From: Glycera tridactyla
Taxonomy: Eukaryota
Direction of reading: 5' to 3'
NCBI GenBank assembly: GCA_965644265.1
Contig: OZ286462.1
Coordinates: forward strand, 7,068,001-7,132,000
DNA: 64,000 nucleotides
Under the pieces are notes generated by a model that ran no database searches, was not told the DNA's origin, and saw only the letters and a program-made list of their open reading frames with translations. Shown piece after piece: positions 1 to 10,468 of the stretch (position 1 is the stretch's first letter; each line of letters begins with the position of its first letter). Both the position numbers and the translations under genes were made by a program.

Positions 1-1162
1 CGCCAAATAGAGAAGAATTTGGAAGACCAATATTCAACTGACTACTTGACACACAGTAATGCAGGAAATAATCTGGCAGAGATTTATTTGAAATCTACCC
101 CTGAATGTGCAAAGATTCAATCTACCTGGTTTATTTCTGCAATTCTTTTTGATAACTTCCACCCATCCATCAGATAAGTAGAATTCAAATTGACCTGCAG
201 ATCTGGAAAATCTTCTTACACTGTAAGACATCCCAGATACAAGTAATCAGGGAGGACAGCCGTGGTTCTCTCATATGTGAACAATCAGCATAAAACCATG
301 GAACATGTGCATGCATGTGAATGTACTTGTGGTGGAAAATATATAAATTGTATATTAGAATGCATAATTTATCACTCAACCAGTCTATCCCACTTGACTA
401 CTCAAGGTGTTATCCTCCAGCCATCATGCAATATAGGAACAGAATTCTTTCTAGGGAGGAACTAGTCTTATTTGGACAATATAAAAACAAAATTAGTACA
501 TAGAATTTCTCGTGAAATTTTTGTCTCCCAACAGTGCCGAATGATATCAAATTTTCTCAATGCATGTATGAGGAATGACCACCTGCATGCATTCACCCAA
601 TCACACATGCACACATCCACTGAGCAGCCTCCAGGTTCTTCCATATAAAAGGTCAACATGGCCCTTGTGCCAAGTTGAATATACATGTATATGGGCCATT
701 ACGCCAACAAAGAAGGGTACCGATAAAGTAAGAAAAATGCAGCATCATAAGTGAAGGGCATTTGACTTTCTGGTAAGATGGGAGCAAAGTAGATTTGTTG
801 GTGTTAGTTGGTTCAACATCCTCCCTGTAGACAGCTCAGCACCNNNNNNNNNNNNNNNNNNNNNNNNNNNNNNNNNNNNNNNNNNNNNNNNNNNNNNNNN
901 NNNNNNNNNNNNNNNNNNNNNNNNNNNNNNNNNNNNNNNNNNNNNNNNNNNNNNNNNNNNNNNNNNNNNNNNNNNNNNNNNNNNNNNNNNNNNNNNNNNN
1001 NNNNNNNNNNNNNNNNNNNNNNNNNNNNNNNNNNNNNNNNNNNNNNNNNNNNNNNNNNNNNNNNNNNNNNNNNNNNNNNNNNNNNNNNNNNNNNNNNNNN
1101 NNNNNNNNNNNNNNNNNNNNNNNNNNNNNNNNNNNNNNNNNNNNNNNNNNNNNNNNNNNNNN

Positions 1163-1345
1163 TGTCAGAGACATATTTCCAGATTGTACTGGCAACAGGT
1201 CCATGAAATGTGTTCCAAATGCCAAAATTATTTTTTGGCTTGTATGGGATTTGAACCATCAACCTTCCAGTTTGGCACCCTCGCCAGCAACAAACTGCCA
1301 ACGCTCTTGTCCTCCACCCCACGGCAGATCCACAAAAATGGATCT
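1163..1345 (-). mobile_element. tRNA-derived SINE fragment (related copies about 20258-20330, 21975-22045, 56965-57110)
   Basis: Minus-strand B-box GGTTCAAATCCC in a tRNA-like 3' half, with a shared body GGCAACAGGTCCATGAAATGTG. Adjacent to microsatellites and N gaps. Confidence 0.55.
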
Positions 1346-1787
1346 NNNNNNNNNNNNNNNNNNNNNNNNNNNNNNNNNNNNNNNNNNNNNNNNNNNNNNN
1401 NNNNNNNNNNNNNNNNNNNNNNNNNNNNNNNNNNNNNNNNNNNNNNNNNNNNNNNNNNNNNNNNNNNNNNNNNNNNNNNNNNNNNNNNNNNNNNNNNNNN
1501 NNNNNNNNNNNNNNNNNNNNNNNNNNNNNNNNNNNNNNNNNNNNNNNNNNNNNNNNNNNNNNNNATTTGTCCAAAGCTAAACACGAATTTGAACCCTGTC
1601 TGACCATGAAGCAACTCAAAATGTCACCAGCTCACCCCACTTCCTTAAAACAAATAAGTGACCTCACCGACAAGAACTGAAAGTGAGAGTCCTGGGAAGG
1701 GAGAAAATCAAGAGTAGAGGGTCTTTATTCCATAGATGGAGGATGAGGAGGGAGGGGCGTGAATGTGTCATATTCGGCTGCCATTAC

Positions 1788-1879
1788 CTGCATCTTGCCC
1801 TCCTGGTAGGCTGGCCAACTACACGAATACAACATCGGACGTTTTGTCGCATTTAGCCACATACTCATGGCCGGATAAG
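1788..1879 (-). CDS. NAGA: Alternative specificity exon D (alpha-NAGAL type: AYPAMSMWLNATKRPMLYSCSWPAYQEGKMQ)
   Basis: Acceptor TTTTACGCAG, donor CAG|GTAATG, 92 nt, phase 1 to 0. CSWPAY matches human NAGA. The downstream exons are not in the window. Confidence 0.9.
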
Positions 1880-2011
1880 CTGCGTAAAATAGAACATCAA
1901 CATCACTAAGAACGTGGAAGTCACACACAACACAAAAAAAAGATAAGTCTTGGAGGGGCCACATCCAACTGCTGAAAGAAAAGGCTTAAAAGGTAGGTCC
2001 ATCCGGGTACA

Positions 2012-3334
2012 CAGGGCATGACATTAGGGTTTTCGGCTGGTCGCGCGAGCGGACAAGTGACATAAGATATTTGGTTATCCGCCCAAGAATTTTACCTGTC
2101 CAATGTAATATTAAGCATACAGTCGAACCTCCCTATAACGACCACCCTCGGTCGCACGCCAGAGTGGTCGTTATTGGGAGGTGGCCGCTATAGAGAAGTT
2201 CTGATGAAAAATGCAATCACACATGTCTGTGGACGCCAAGTGACAGCTGACAAGTATACCAACTTCACAATTCCGCCTCCAAGCAAAGATGAACCCGATC
2301 TCGCAATTATCAATAAATATCATCAAATCGATGTGTGTCAGTTGTAGTCACCTATAATACATCCGAATTTGACGAAATATTGACATGATCGTCAAAAACG
2401 TGATGAATTCGTTCATTGTGCGCAAAGAGCGAGACCATGGCGGCCATTACTGTAAACATCATAAAGAACCAAAATACCCGGATGTACGAACAAAACTCGT
2501 GTTATTCACATTTTTTCGAACAAGAAGGTGATTTTAGTGGTTCTAGAAGGTGATCTTTCGAGCTGTAAAATTGGTTTGAAGAAATATGAAGAAATTTCAT
2601 TTGAAAGTAAAAACGTTAACGATTTGCGAGCAGCAAGCAAGTGAGCAAGCCGAATCTGAGCAGATTTCACGGTGTCGAGTTTGATCGGGAGGTCGCTGGA
2701 GGGTGGAGACCGGCCGCTGCTAGCGTGTAGGCAGGGGAAGTGAGTTCATCTGAGCGGCAAGCAAGCGGAATCTGAGCAGATTTCACGGTCTTGAGTACGG
2801 CCGGGTGGTCGCTGGAGGAGGGAGACCGTCCGCTGCTAGCTGCTTGGCGGGGAAAGTGAGTTCATCTGAGGGGCGAGCAAGCGGAATCTGAGCAGATTTC
2901 ACGGTCTCGGGTACAGCCGGGTGGTCGCTGGAGGAGGGAGACCGTCCGCTGCTAGCTGCTTGGCGGGGAAAGTGAGTTCATCTGAGGGGCGAGCAAGCGG
3001 AATCTGAGCACATTTCACGGTCTCGAGTTTGGCCGGGAGACCGCGAGTGGTCGTTATCAGGAGGTCCTCGAACCAAACATGGCGGTCGCTGGTCGGAGGT
3101 TGGAGGTGGTCGCTATATGGAAGACAATTATAGTGAAAAATACGTTGGTCGCGGTCATAGGCGGTCGTTATAAGGAGGTGGTCGCCCTCTGGAGGTGGTC
3201 GTTAAAGGGGTTCGACTGTACTTTAAGAAGAAAACTGCAGTTGTCCAGCGGGCAAGCTGCTTATATAATTCACTTGTCCGCCATGAATTTCTACTTGTCC
3301 CGGAAAACCAGACAACCCTTAATGTCAAGCCCTG
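2012..3334. mobile_element. hAT-like MITE (TIR CAGGGC(A/T)TGACATTA) interrupted by the 2120-3218 element
   Basis: Inverted termini CAGGGCATGACATTAGGGTT / AACCCTTAATGTCAAGCCCTG. The TSD is not clean. Confidence 0.55.
2120..3218. mobile_element. Non-autonomous Tc1/mariner-pogo-like element (TIR CAGTCGAACC, TA TSD) with internal ~116-bp tandem repeats
   Basis: TA|CAGTCGAACC ... GGTTCGACTG|TA. About four 116-bp units at 2640-3040. Confidence 0.85.
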
Positions 3335-4557
3335 GATACATCTAATCAAGCTATGTTGATCTTGACTCAATGACTTTTGGGATGAAATCAAAGAAAAGAC
3401 TGCCATATTCACAGAGTGAGGAATGGCCTCCTGCATTCATGGACATGGTATTGCACATGCAGACAAAATAGGTTCAGTAAAATTTCCAGGATATATTTTG
3501 ATATACTCTCAAAATATCTGATTTTAGGTGTTTAGACCGATACCAGCTGATTTTCGATTTCGATTTCGATTTTTGTTTTGAATCTTTAGAATTCAGGAAA
3601 TAGTTGAAAGGGGAGGCATCACTATATAGAGAGCTGATCTGTGCAGGTGATGTAGGCTCCTAAATGATTCCTTATAGAAAAAAATCTGCGATCATACGAT
3701 CTTTTCCATAATTGCTTTCAAAAGATGCACAACATGAGCCATTCAAGTGCATATTTTACTGCCAGTCAGGGCTATCGATGTGAGATCAAAGCATTGCTGT
3801 AATTTCAGATATATCTCTTTCTTTTGACTACATACACAATACACATGTACATGGGCTCAGGTTGCTCATGATCCTCAATGAATATGTAACATGCTTTCCC
3901 TAAGTACAGGGGATGAAAGCAAGAATCCATCCCCATGATCAGTTGAGCTTAGTCGACTCACATCTATCATGTGTTACATGCCAGCAACACGAGGTCACAA
4001 GGTCAGCGATGTTGTGACCAAGCGTACATACTCGACTGGTTTAGCATGTAATATCCTGACCAACACTTAGACAACACTTAAGTGAAATTGTCATCAATGA
4101 ATGAACTGACACTCATCTGATTTCTTGTGGATTTGAACCTGGATCTCCGGGGCATGGCACCAACTACCTAGCCTGTGAAGAAGCAAGCGGTCTTGGGCGC
4201 TGAGCTATGCAGATGATTTCTGAGAATGTAATTTGTACATTCCAATGGTGTATCGTGAACCATAGTTTCATTCTAACCAATTCCTAACAAATTTCACAAA
4301 CTGATCTGCCTGCTTGTGCCATTAGGGCCTTTGCTCAGAGCCTAGATATCTAGCTTTGATAGCTTTTAGAGAAGCATCTTAGGTGCAGTCTCTGATTTTC
4401 AACTCAAACTTCGAGTGGCCAGCTGGTCTTTCTCAAACGATTACTGAAATCATGTGATTAATCCGACCTTCAACAAGAGGCAAGGGATGGGTTCTTTAAC
4501 TAATGACAAAAAAGCAAAGAGTAATACACAAAAGGCAGGAAACAAACTCGTACAAAC

Positions 4558-4652
4558 CGTATATCCTTTCACGAGCTGATGAAGAGGATATTCACACGAG
4601 AAGTACATATCTCGGCCAGTCTTGTTCAGATAGAATGCAAATGGTGGGTAAC
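4558..4652 (-). CDS. NAGA: Alternative specificity exon C (alpha-GAL type: GYPPFAFYLNKTGRDMYFSCEYPLHQLVKGYT)
   Basis: Acceptor TTGTAG, donor ACG|GTTTGT, 95 nt, phase 1 to 0, intact. Close paralogue of exon B. Confidence 0.8.
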
Positions 4653-6534
4653 CTACAAGTTCAAGTCAGGCCAGCTAGCACTCAGTGGGAAAATACCCTC
4701 AAAATATCAATGAAACGAGGTACAAATAAGATTGGTCAATGGTCAGCCCGGCAGCTAAGATGAGGACGTAATGAACAATGTTGATAATCCTGGGGCTGTA
4801 CATGAGGTTTGCTAGGGTAGGATGGTTGAGTATAATGATAGAAAGAAGAGCGGGGTGTACACTAGTCATGAACAAGCAACGCCGATGTTCTTCCCTGAGT
4901 GAAACGCCCAAAGCTGCTCTCTGGATATAACCCTATAACCAGGGATGTGCTTGGCTCACAACCAAAAACCCTGAAAACCTGACCGGAGGCACATTTCACC
5001 ATGACTTTGCACACCAAGAAACCCCACAACTGCTGATTAATGGCTACTATAACTCCATGTGAACTCTGTGCTCTATCTCCACTAATACTGGTCCCATTTT
5101 CATGATATAAAACCCCCAAAAAAAAGCATAAAATGCTTTTCTCTGTCATATGCATGGATTGCTGGATTTGTTATCAAAAACCTGGAAATCCGTGGAAATA
5201 TTACATCCCTGTATAACATGGTATCTTCAAAGATCACATGGCACCAAGAGCAAACCCACCACATGGGGTTATTATTATCTACTTTCTGAGTTTGATATCT
5301 CTGCGTGGAATACATAGTAAAATCACATTTGACAATACAAGAAGCAATGAACAAAAACTCATGGAGTCCTGACACAATAATAAACAGCTCCACGTGTTCT
5401 GGTCCACAGTATCAAGAGTGAAGAATTTTATGAATAGCTCCTGTGACCCTGACCTTTAACCTATGATCACATGCCTCAAGGGGAAGGTGTCCAACCATTG
5501 CATTATTTCAGTTTGGCCTCCTGTAGCCTTTACCTTAGCCCTTTGGGCACAGAAATCAAATTTCAAAATACAATTTTTATATAGATGAAAGTTTGAAAGT
5601 TTTTTGAAAATTTGACCATCCAATCCAAGGTTAATGCTGAGGAACTGATAGAAACATCACTCAAAAGGACACAGAGGACACAGAGGTTAATGAAATATGT
5701 GCAGATGGACATACAAACAAACTTAACAACATGGTTTAAAATGGTGAGCAGGGCTGCACCTTGACAGGGTGACCAAAATGTGTAAAAGGTTCACCACAGA
5801 ACACCAGACCTGCACCATGAGAGATCCACGGGATCTGCACACCTGACAGAGGAGATGTGTCTCTGTGGAGATGACCTCTGAACTTCACCTCTCAAATCAC
5901 CCAGATGGGAGCGATACATGACTTTAGACAGTGAAAGTGACTGTGATGTGCTTAGCCCATGCAGTCAATCCGGTGTTTGTGGTTGAATACTCCTCGGGGA
6001 GATGAGAAAGGCTCAGATCTGAAAAAGCCTGCCAAGGAATGTAATTGTAAAGTCAGGAGAATATGTTGAAAATGCCTGACTGTGAAGTACTATATTTACA
6101 TCTTTTGATGTGCGCACCACTATTAGGGTGATATGGATGTACTGGACTTGCCGATTCAGAGATACATTCAATGTCAGAAGCTGCATGGGTAGGTAATAAA
6201 AGCACCGGCAATTTCAAAGTTCATGACATTTTGATATACCAGGATATGGCTTGCCATCTTTGCCACACTTAGCAAATAATCTTTTTTTTCTTCTCAACTT
6301 CAGGTTTGGTCAAATTATATTCAAGAGGTTTTGATCATATTGTTTGTTCATGAGCACATTTGTTCACCTGAACAATTATCCTTGTAGGCAGTTAGTTGCT
6401 TCAGAAAGAAAGAGGATATATACATGTATAGGAAAACATATTGCCTGGTCAGAATGACAGGTGGTCCTAGTGTGATGGTAATCATGCAAAGCAAAGAGTA
6501 AAACGCAGCAAGCAGGAGCCGAACTCATACAAAC

Positions 6535-6629
6535 CGAATGTCCTTTTGAATGCTGATGCAGAGGATATTCACACGAGAAGAACATATCTCGGCCAGTAAT
6601 GTTCAGATAGAATGCAAAGGGAGGGTAAC
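6535..6629 (-). CDS. NAGA: Alternative specificity exon B (alpha-GAL type: GYPPFAFYLNITGRDMFFSCEYPLHQHSKGHS)
   Basis: Acceptor TTGTAG, donor TCG|GTTTGT, 95 nt, phase 1 to 0, intact. Confidence 0.8.
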
Positions 6630-8466
6630 CTACAAGTTGAGGTCAGGTCAGGTCAGGAAACCCTATTCTCAAATGGACATCCTTGAAATTTCATATGGTA
6701 GATAATAAATGCCCTGTTTTCTTGAAAATTAGTTTAATATGCTAGTGGTGTCACGATTATCAGGTATATTCCATTACCGATCAATCTTGGTGGCCAAATA
6801 GACAAACGTTTGCAGAAATATGGAATCAATTTATTCAGAAGATAGTCAGCACATATATTTCGATGGAAAATCCTGCCTTTTTGATGAAAAAAGCTATGGA
6901 TTTCCTGTGAAGTCAAAATGCTGCCATCTTACTTTGCCAATAACAAACCCTACACCCTAGGAGATTGCTCTGCATACACTTGTCTATATGAATGATTCTG
7001 GAGAGAAAACACTTGGGAAACCGGGTAGTGATTGTGATGCCAGTGTTGCAAACCAATAATAATTGATTATCAATCAGTTGGGCTAACCAATAATCGATCC
7101 TGAAAATGCATTCAATTGTCAACACTATGGTGTGTCTTTTTGGTCAACCCATTTCAAGATCTGTTAAAACTCTCGTTTAGGCGACAAAATTATGTAGTGA
7201 TATGATAATTTGAGTCTGTTTAATATGCTAGTACACTCATTCTTGCTTGAAGCCGGACAGAGATGATGTAAGCATAAACAAGCTGATGTCAACCGAGTAA
7301 AGTCATCATGTTTGTGGTCAATATTTCCCTCAAATATTACCATGAAATATACATTCTGGGTCAATATACACGGGTTTGGCACCATTACCCAACACCCGAC
7401 TCTATTTATCCACTTTCAGAGAGGCTGGGATACGTTTTTGTTTTTATTTATTTGAGGTTTAACGGCTTGTATCAACACTAGGGTTATGTATGTCATGTGT
7501 TCCTGGTTAATGAAAGCTAGATGTTCTCTCCTCTGCAGACATCGCTCTCACAAACCCTGAACACAAGCTGATGGGGAACCTGAAAGCTTGTCAAGTGGAA
7601 GTAGCTGAAAGTTCAGACCCACCTCTACCTACTCTACAAGAAACATATAAGACCTGAGGATGGCATATCTAACTATGTGAGTGGCTGGAAGTGGAGAATG
7701 CTGGGATATGTGAACTCCATCATCAATATCACTTTATCTCAGTGATGTCAGTCTGGTATGAGTTGCATAGTGTCCAAATGACTACAGGTGAAAAAAGCTA
7801 TGGATTTCCTGCCATCTTGCTTTGCCAAAAACAAGCCCCATACCCTAGGAGACTGCTCTGCATACACCTGCGTATATGAATGATTCTGGAGAGAAATGAC
7901 TACAGGCGATTTCATGCATCATCAGGAGAGTGAGGGGATCAACAAAGGCTACCCATCAAAAGTTACCCGGGATAGAGGAATGCCAAGGGGAATATATCAA
8001 AGGCAAATGATCACTCAGATGCAGAGATAAGCTGCTTCAAGGAAAGTTCACTCGACAAAATTTGGGACGGTTGCATCCAAGAGTTTGAGGAGACGGGGAC
8101 ATTTCTTGGCAACATCTTCCAATGACAGTTCACTTAATGACCTGATGATGGGCCCACGCTCAAAAAAATATGTCAAATGCCCCATGCTCCCCTCTGGATG
8201 CAACCATGTAACATGGTATCGTTGAGGCACCAAGCGCAAACCCACTACATAGGCTTATTATCATCTACATTCTGGGTTTGATATCTCTGCAGGGTATACA
8301 TAATAAAATCACATTTGACAGCACAAGGAGCGATGAACAGGAATTCATGAAGTCATGACACAATAACTAACAATTCCACATGTTCTGGTCCACAGTATCA
8401 AGGGTGAAGAATTTTCCATGAGCCAAATCCAAGTACACTGCGCCACCCTCCAGTCAATGTACCAAC

Positions 8467-8564
8467 CTGGTGTTTGCCTGTTTTAGGCTGATACAGGGGG
8501 TATTCACAGCCAAGGAAAATAGGACGCCCCGTACGATTCAGGTAAAATGAAAGTGGAGGATAAC
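8467..8564 (-). CDS. NAGA: Alternative specificity exon A (alpha-GAL type: GYPPLSFYLNRTGRPIFLGCEYPLYQPKTGKHQ)
   Basis: Acceptor TTTTAG, donor CAG|GTTGGT, 98 nt, phase 1 to 0, no stops. N-x-T sequon and C-E-x-P-L-Y motif present. Confidence 0.85.
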
Positions 8565-9426
8565 CTAAAAGACAGTGACACAATGTAATGTCAAACATCC
8601 ACAATTGCCTGATATGTGACTTAGGGTTGTTCCAATGTAAAGTGGAGGATGGGGGGTCCTGACCGGAACCTCGTCAGATATTGAAGGGAGGGTGGTATTT
8701 GGACCCTGTTGAAGACAGTAGTGAAGAGCTATAATCAGTTCCACCAGTAAGAGTAAAAATTTAAGAATGAAGCTATTTAGATATTCTTGAATTAGGGGAC
8801 AAAGGTGCCAACTTATATTATTGAATTCAAATTCCGGGGTGGGGTGAGATTTTTCCACTCCCCCTTTCCACAGTAGAATTGTCCTTAGTCATTTCTGTGA
8901 TTCAGGGGTGAAAATATTCTGCCATTGCTCAAGATCCACTACTGCACTTGATTTGTCAAAGAGTAAGGCTCACTCTGCCACCCGATGCTTTTTGCTTCAA
9001 TAGTCGGAGCTTGACTCACTAATAACTGATTCATTCGACACTTCGCATTTGTTGATAATACACATTTGGAAATGCATCTCACTTCAACATCTCTTTGGGA
9101 CTAGACAGAATACAGTCGAACCTCTCTATAAAGACAGCCTATATAGGAAGGTGGTCTTTGTAGAGTTCATTTACTGTTGAAAATACTACTGCGGTCACAG
9201 CTTAGGGTGGCCTTTATAGAGAGGTGGAATTTATGGAGAGGTGGTCTTTAGAGCAGGTCTGACTGCACTTCAGTATGGATTAAACATGTTGAGGAGGTCA
9301 TGTAGGCATGTTTGCAATGCAAAGGCCAGAAGAAGTTTTATCGTATTTTAAGAAAATCTCATTATACTGAGTAGATACAAAGCATAGCGTGCGTTATGAA
9401 TCAAATTCATGTAAAAAGACACTCAC

Positions 9427-9601
9427 CATCATCGAACTGGCTGGGTTCTGAGTAGCAACCGTCGAGTTTGACATAGTCGACACCCCATTCAGCAAAAGTT
9501 TCGGCATCCATCTGCAGGTAGTACTCACTGCCGGGGTAACCGCCGCATGTGTGTGTGCCGAAATCCTCATAGATGCCAAACTTCAGTCCCTTGCTATGTA
9601 C
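9427..9601 (-). CDS. NAGA: NAGA/GLA-family exon containing the catalytic nucleophile (YVKLDGCY)
   Basis: [58 protein letters not shown]. Acceptor GACAG, donor G|GTGAGT, 175 nt, ends in phase 1. Confidence 0.95.
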
Positions 9602-10293
9602 CTGTCAACGTCAAAACATAACCAACCCAAGATAGATATATGGTAACATATTTCATTAAACGATGCATTTACTGCATTCATGTGAACTTTGAACCGTTTT
9701 TGGTTGAGCATATCTTACATTTCACCCTGCTGGGGTAAATGCCCACACTGACAAATTTCGCACTAAAAGGATTAATTTGAGAACTTTTCAGGCGCCTGGG
9801 AAAATAACCACCTGTCAACCGGTACAGGCAAGTGTATACAATGTCAGCCCATGTTTGATCCAAGTTCAAGATCCTTGTAGGGTCATCTGCTGATTTTGAT
9901 TTGAATCAGAAGTTGATAAGCCTCATCTGATCTCGAAGTCATATTGTGTTGGTACAAGAATAATATAGCAAATTTGGCTAAAGCAGCCTTTCCATTAATT
10001 TCCAAATTGATATGATTCAGCCACAAGCACAAGGATAAGACTAATTTTGACATCAGTTTTATGAGAAAAAATCCTGTTTTGCAGACCTTTTACATGATAA
10101 ACTGATATTTCTCAGGACTGTATGAGCTATATGACAGGCCCCTTCTTCATCTGCTGCCATCGAATTTCTTTCAGCCAGTTTGGCTAATGATGTAGACATG
10201 TCCATATCTTAAGCCAGATGGGAAAACATTAGCTACTTGGCAGTCATGCATAACTATTTCAATCGAGAGATAACTATGTCAAGTAGTACTCAC

Positions 10294-10468
10294 ATAATCA
10301 GCGAGTGCTTTGATTCCATTTGGGAAGCGTTGAGGGTCGGGCTGAAGACGTCGGTTCTCATCTCGCTCCTTCGCCAACCAGCAATCGTCGATGATAACGT
10401 ACTCGTACCCAGCCTCCTTGAAACCATCAGCAGCCATGCGGTCTGCATGGTCCTTGATCAACTTCTCA
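10294..10468 (-). CDS. NAGA: NAGA/GLA-family exon ([11 protein letters not shown]...YVIIDDCW...ADY)
   Basis: Acceptor CACAG, donor TAT|GTGAGT, 175 nt. Contains the GH27 IDDCW motif and is in frame with both flanking exons. Confidence 0.95.

Noticed and set aside
808-1619. ORFs spanning N runs (also 18216-18577, 19892-20446, 57205-57441, 61194-61626)
   Set aside because: Artefacts of undefined bases.
1-1787. Search for the next GH27 exon (CNLWRN...DPDM)
   Set aside because: Not found in the readable sequence; it must lie left of the window or in a gap.
4862-5155. ORF containing VIVAINQQLWG, resembling the GH27 downstream motif VIAINQDPLG
   Set aside because: The same DNA recurs in LRRC59 intron 3 (about 51645-51800), so it is an interspersed repeat. 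No flanking GH27 similarity or splice context.
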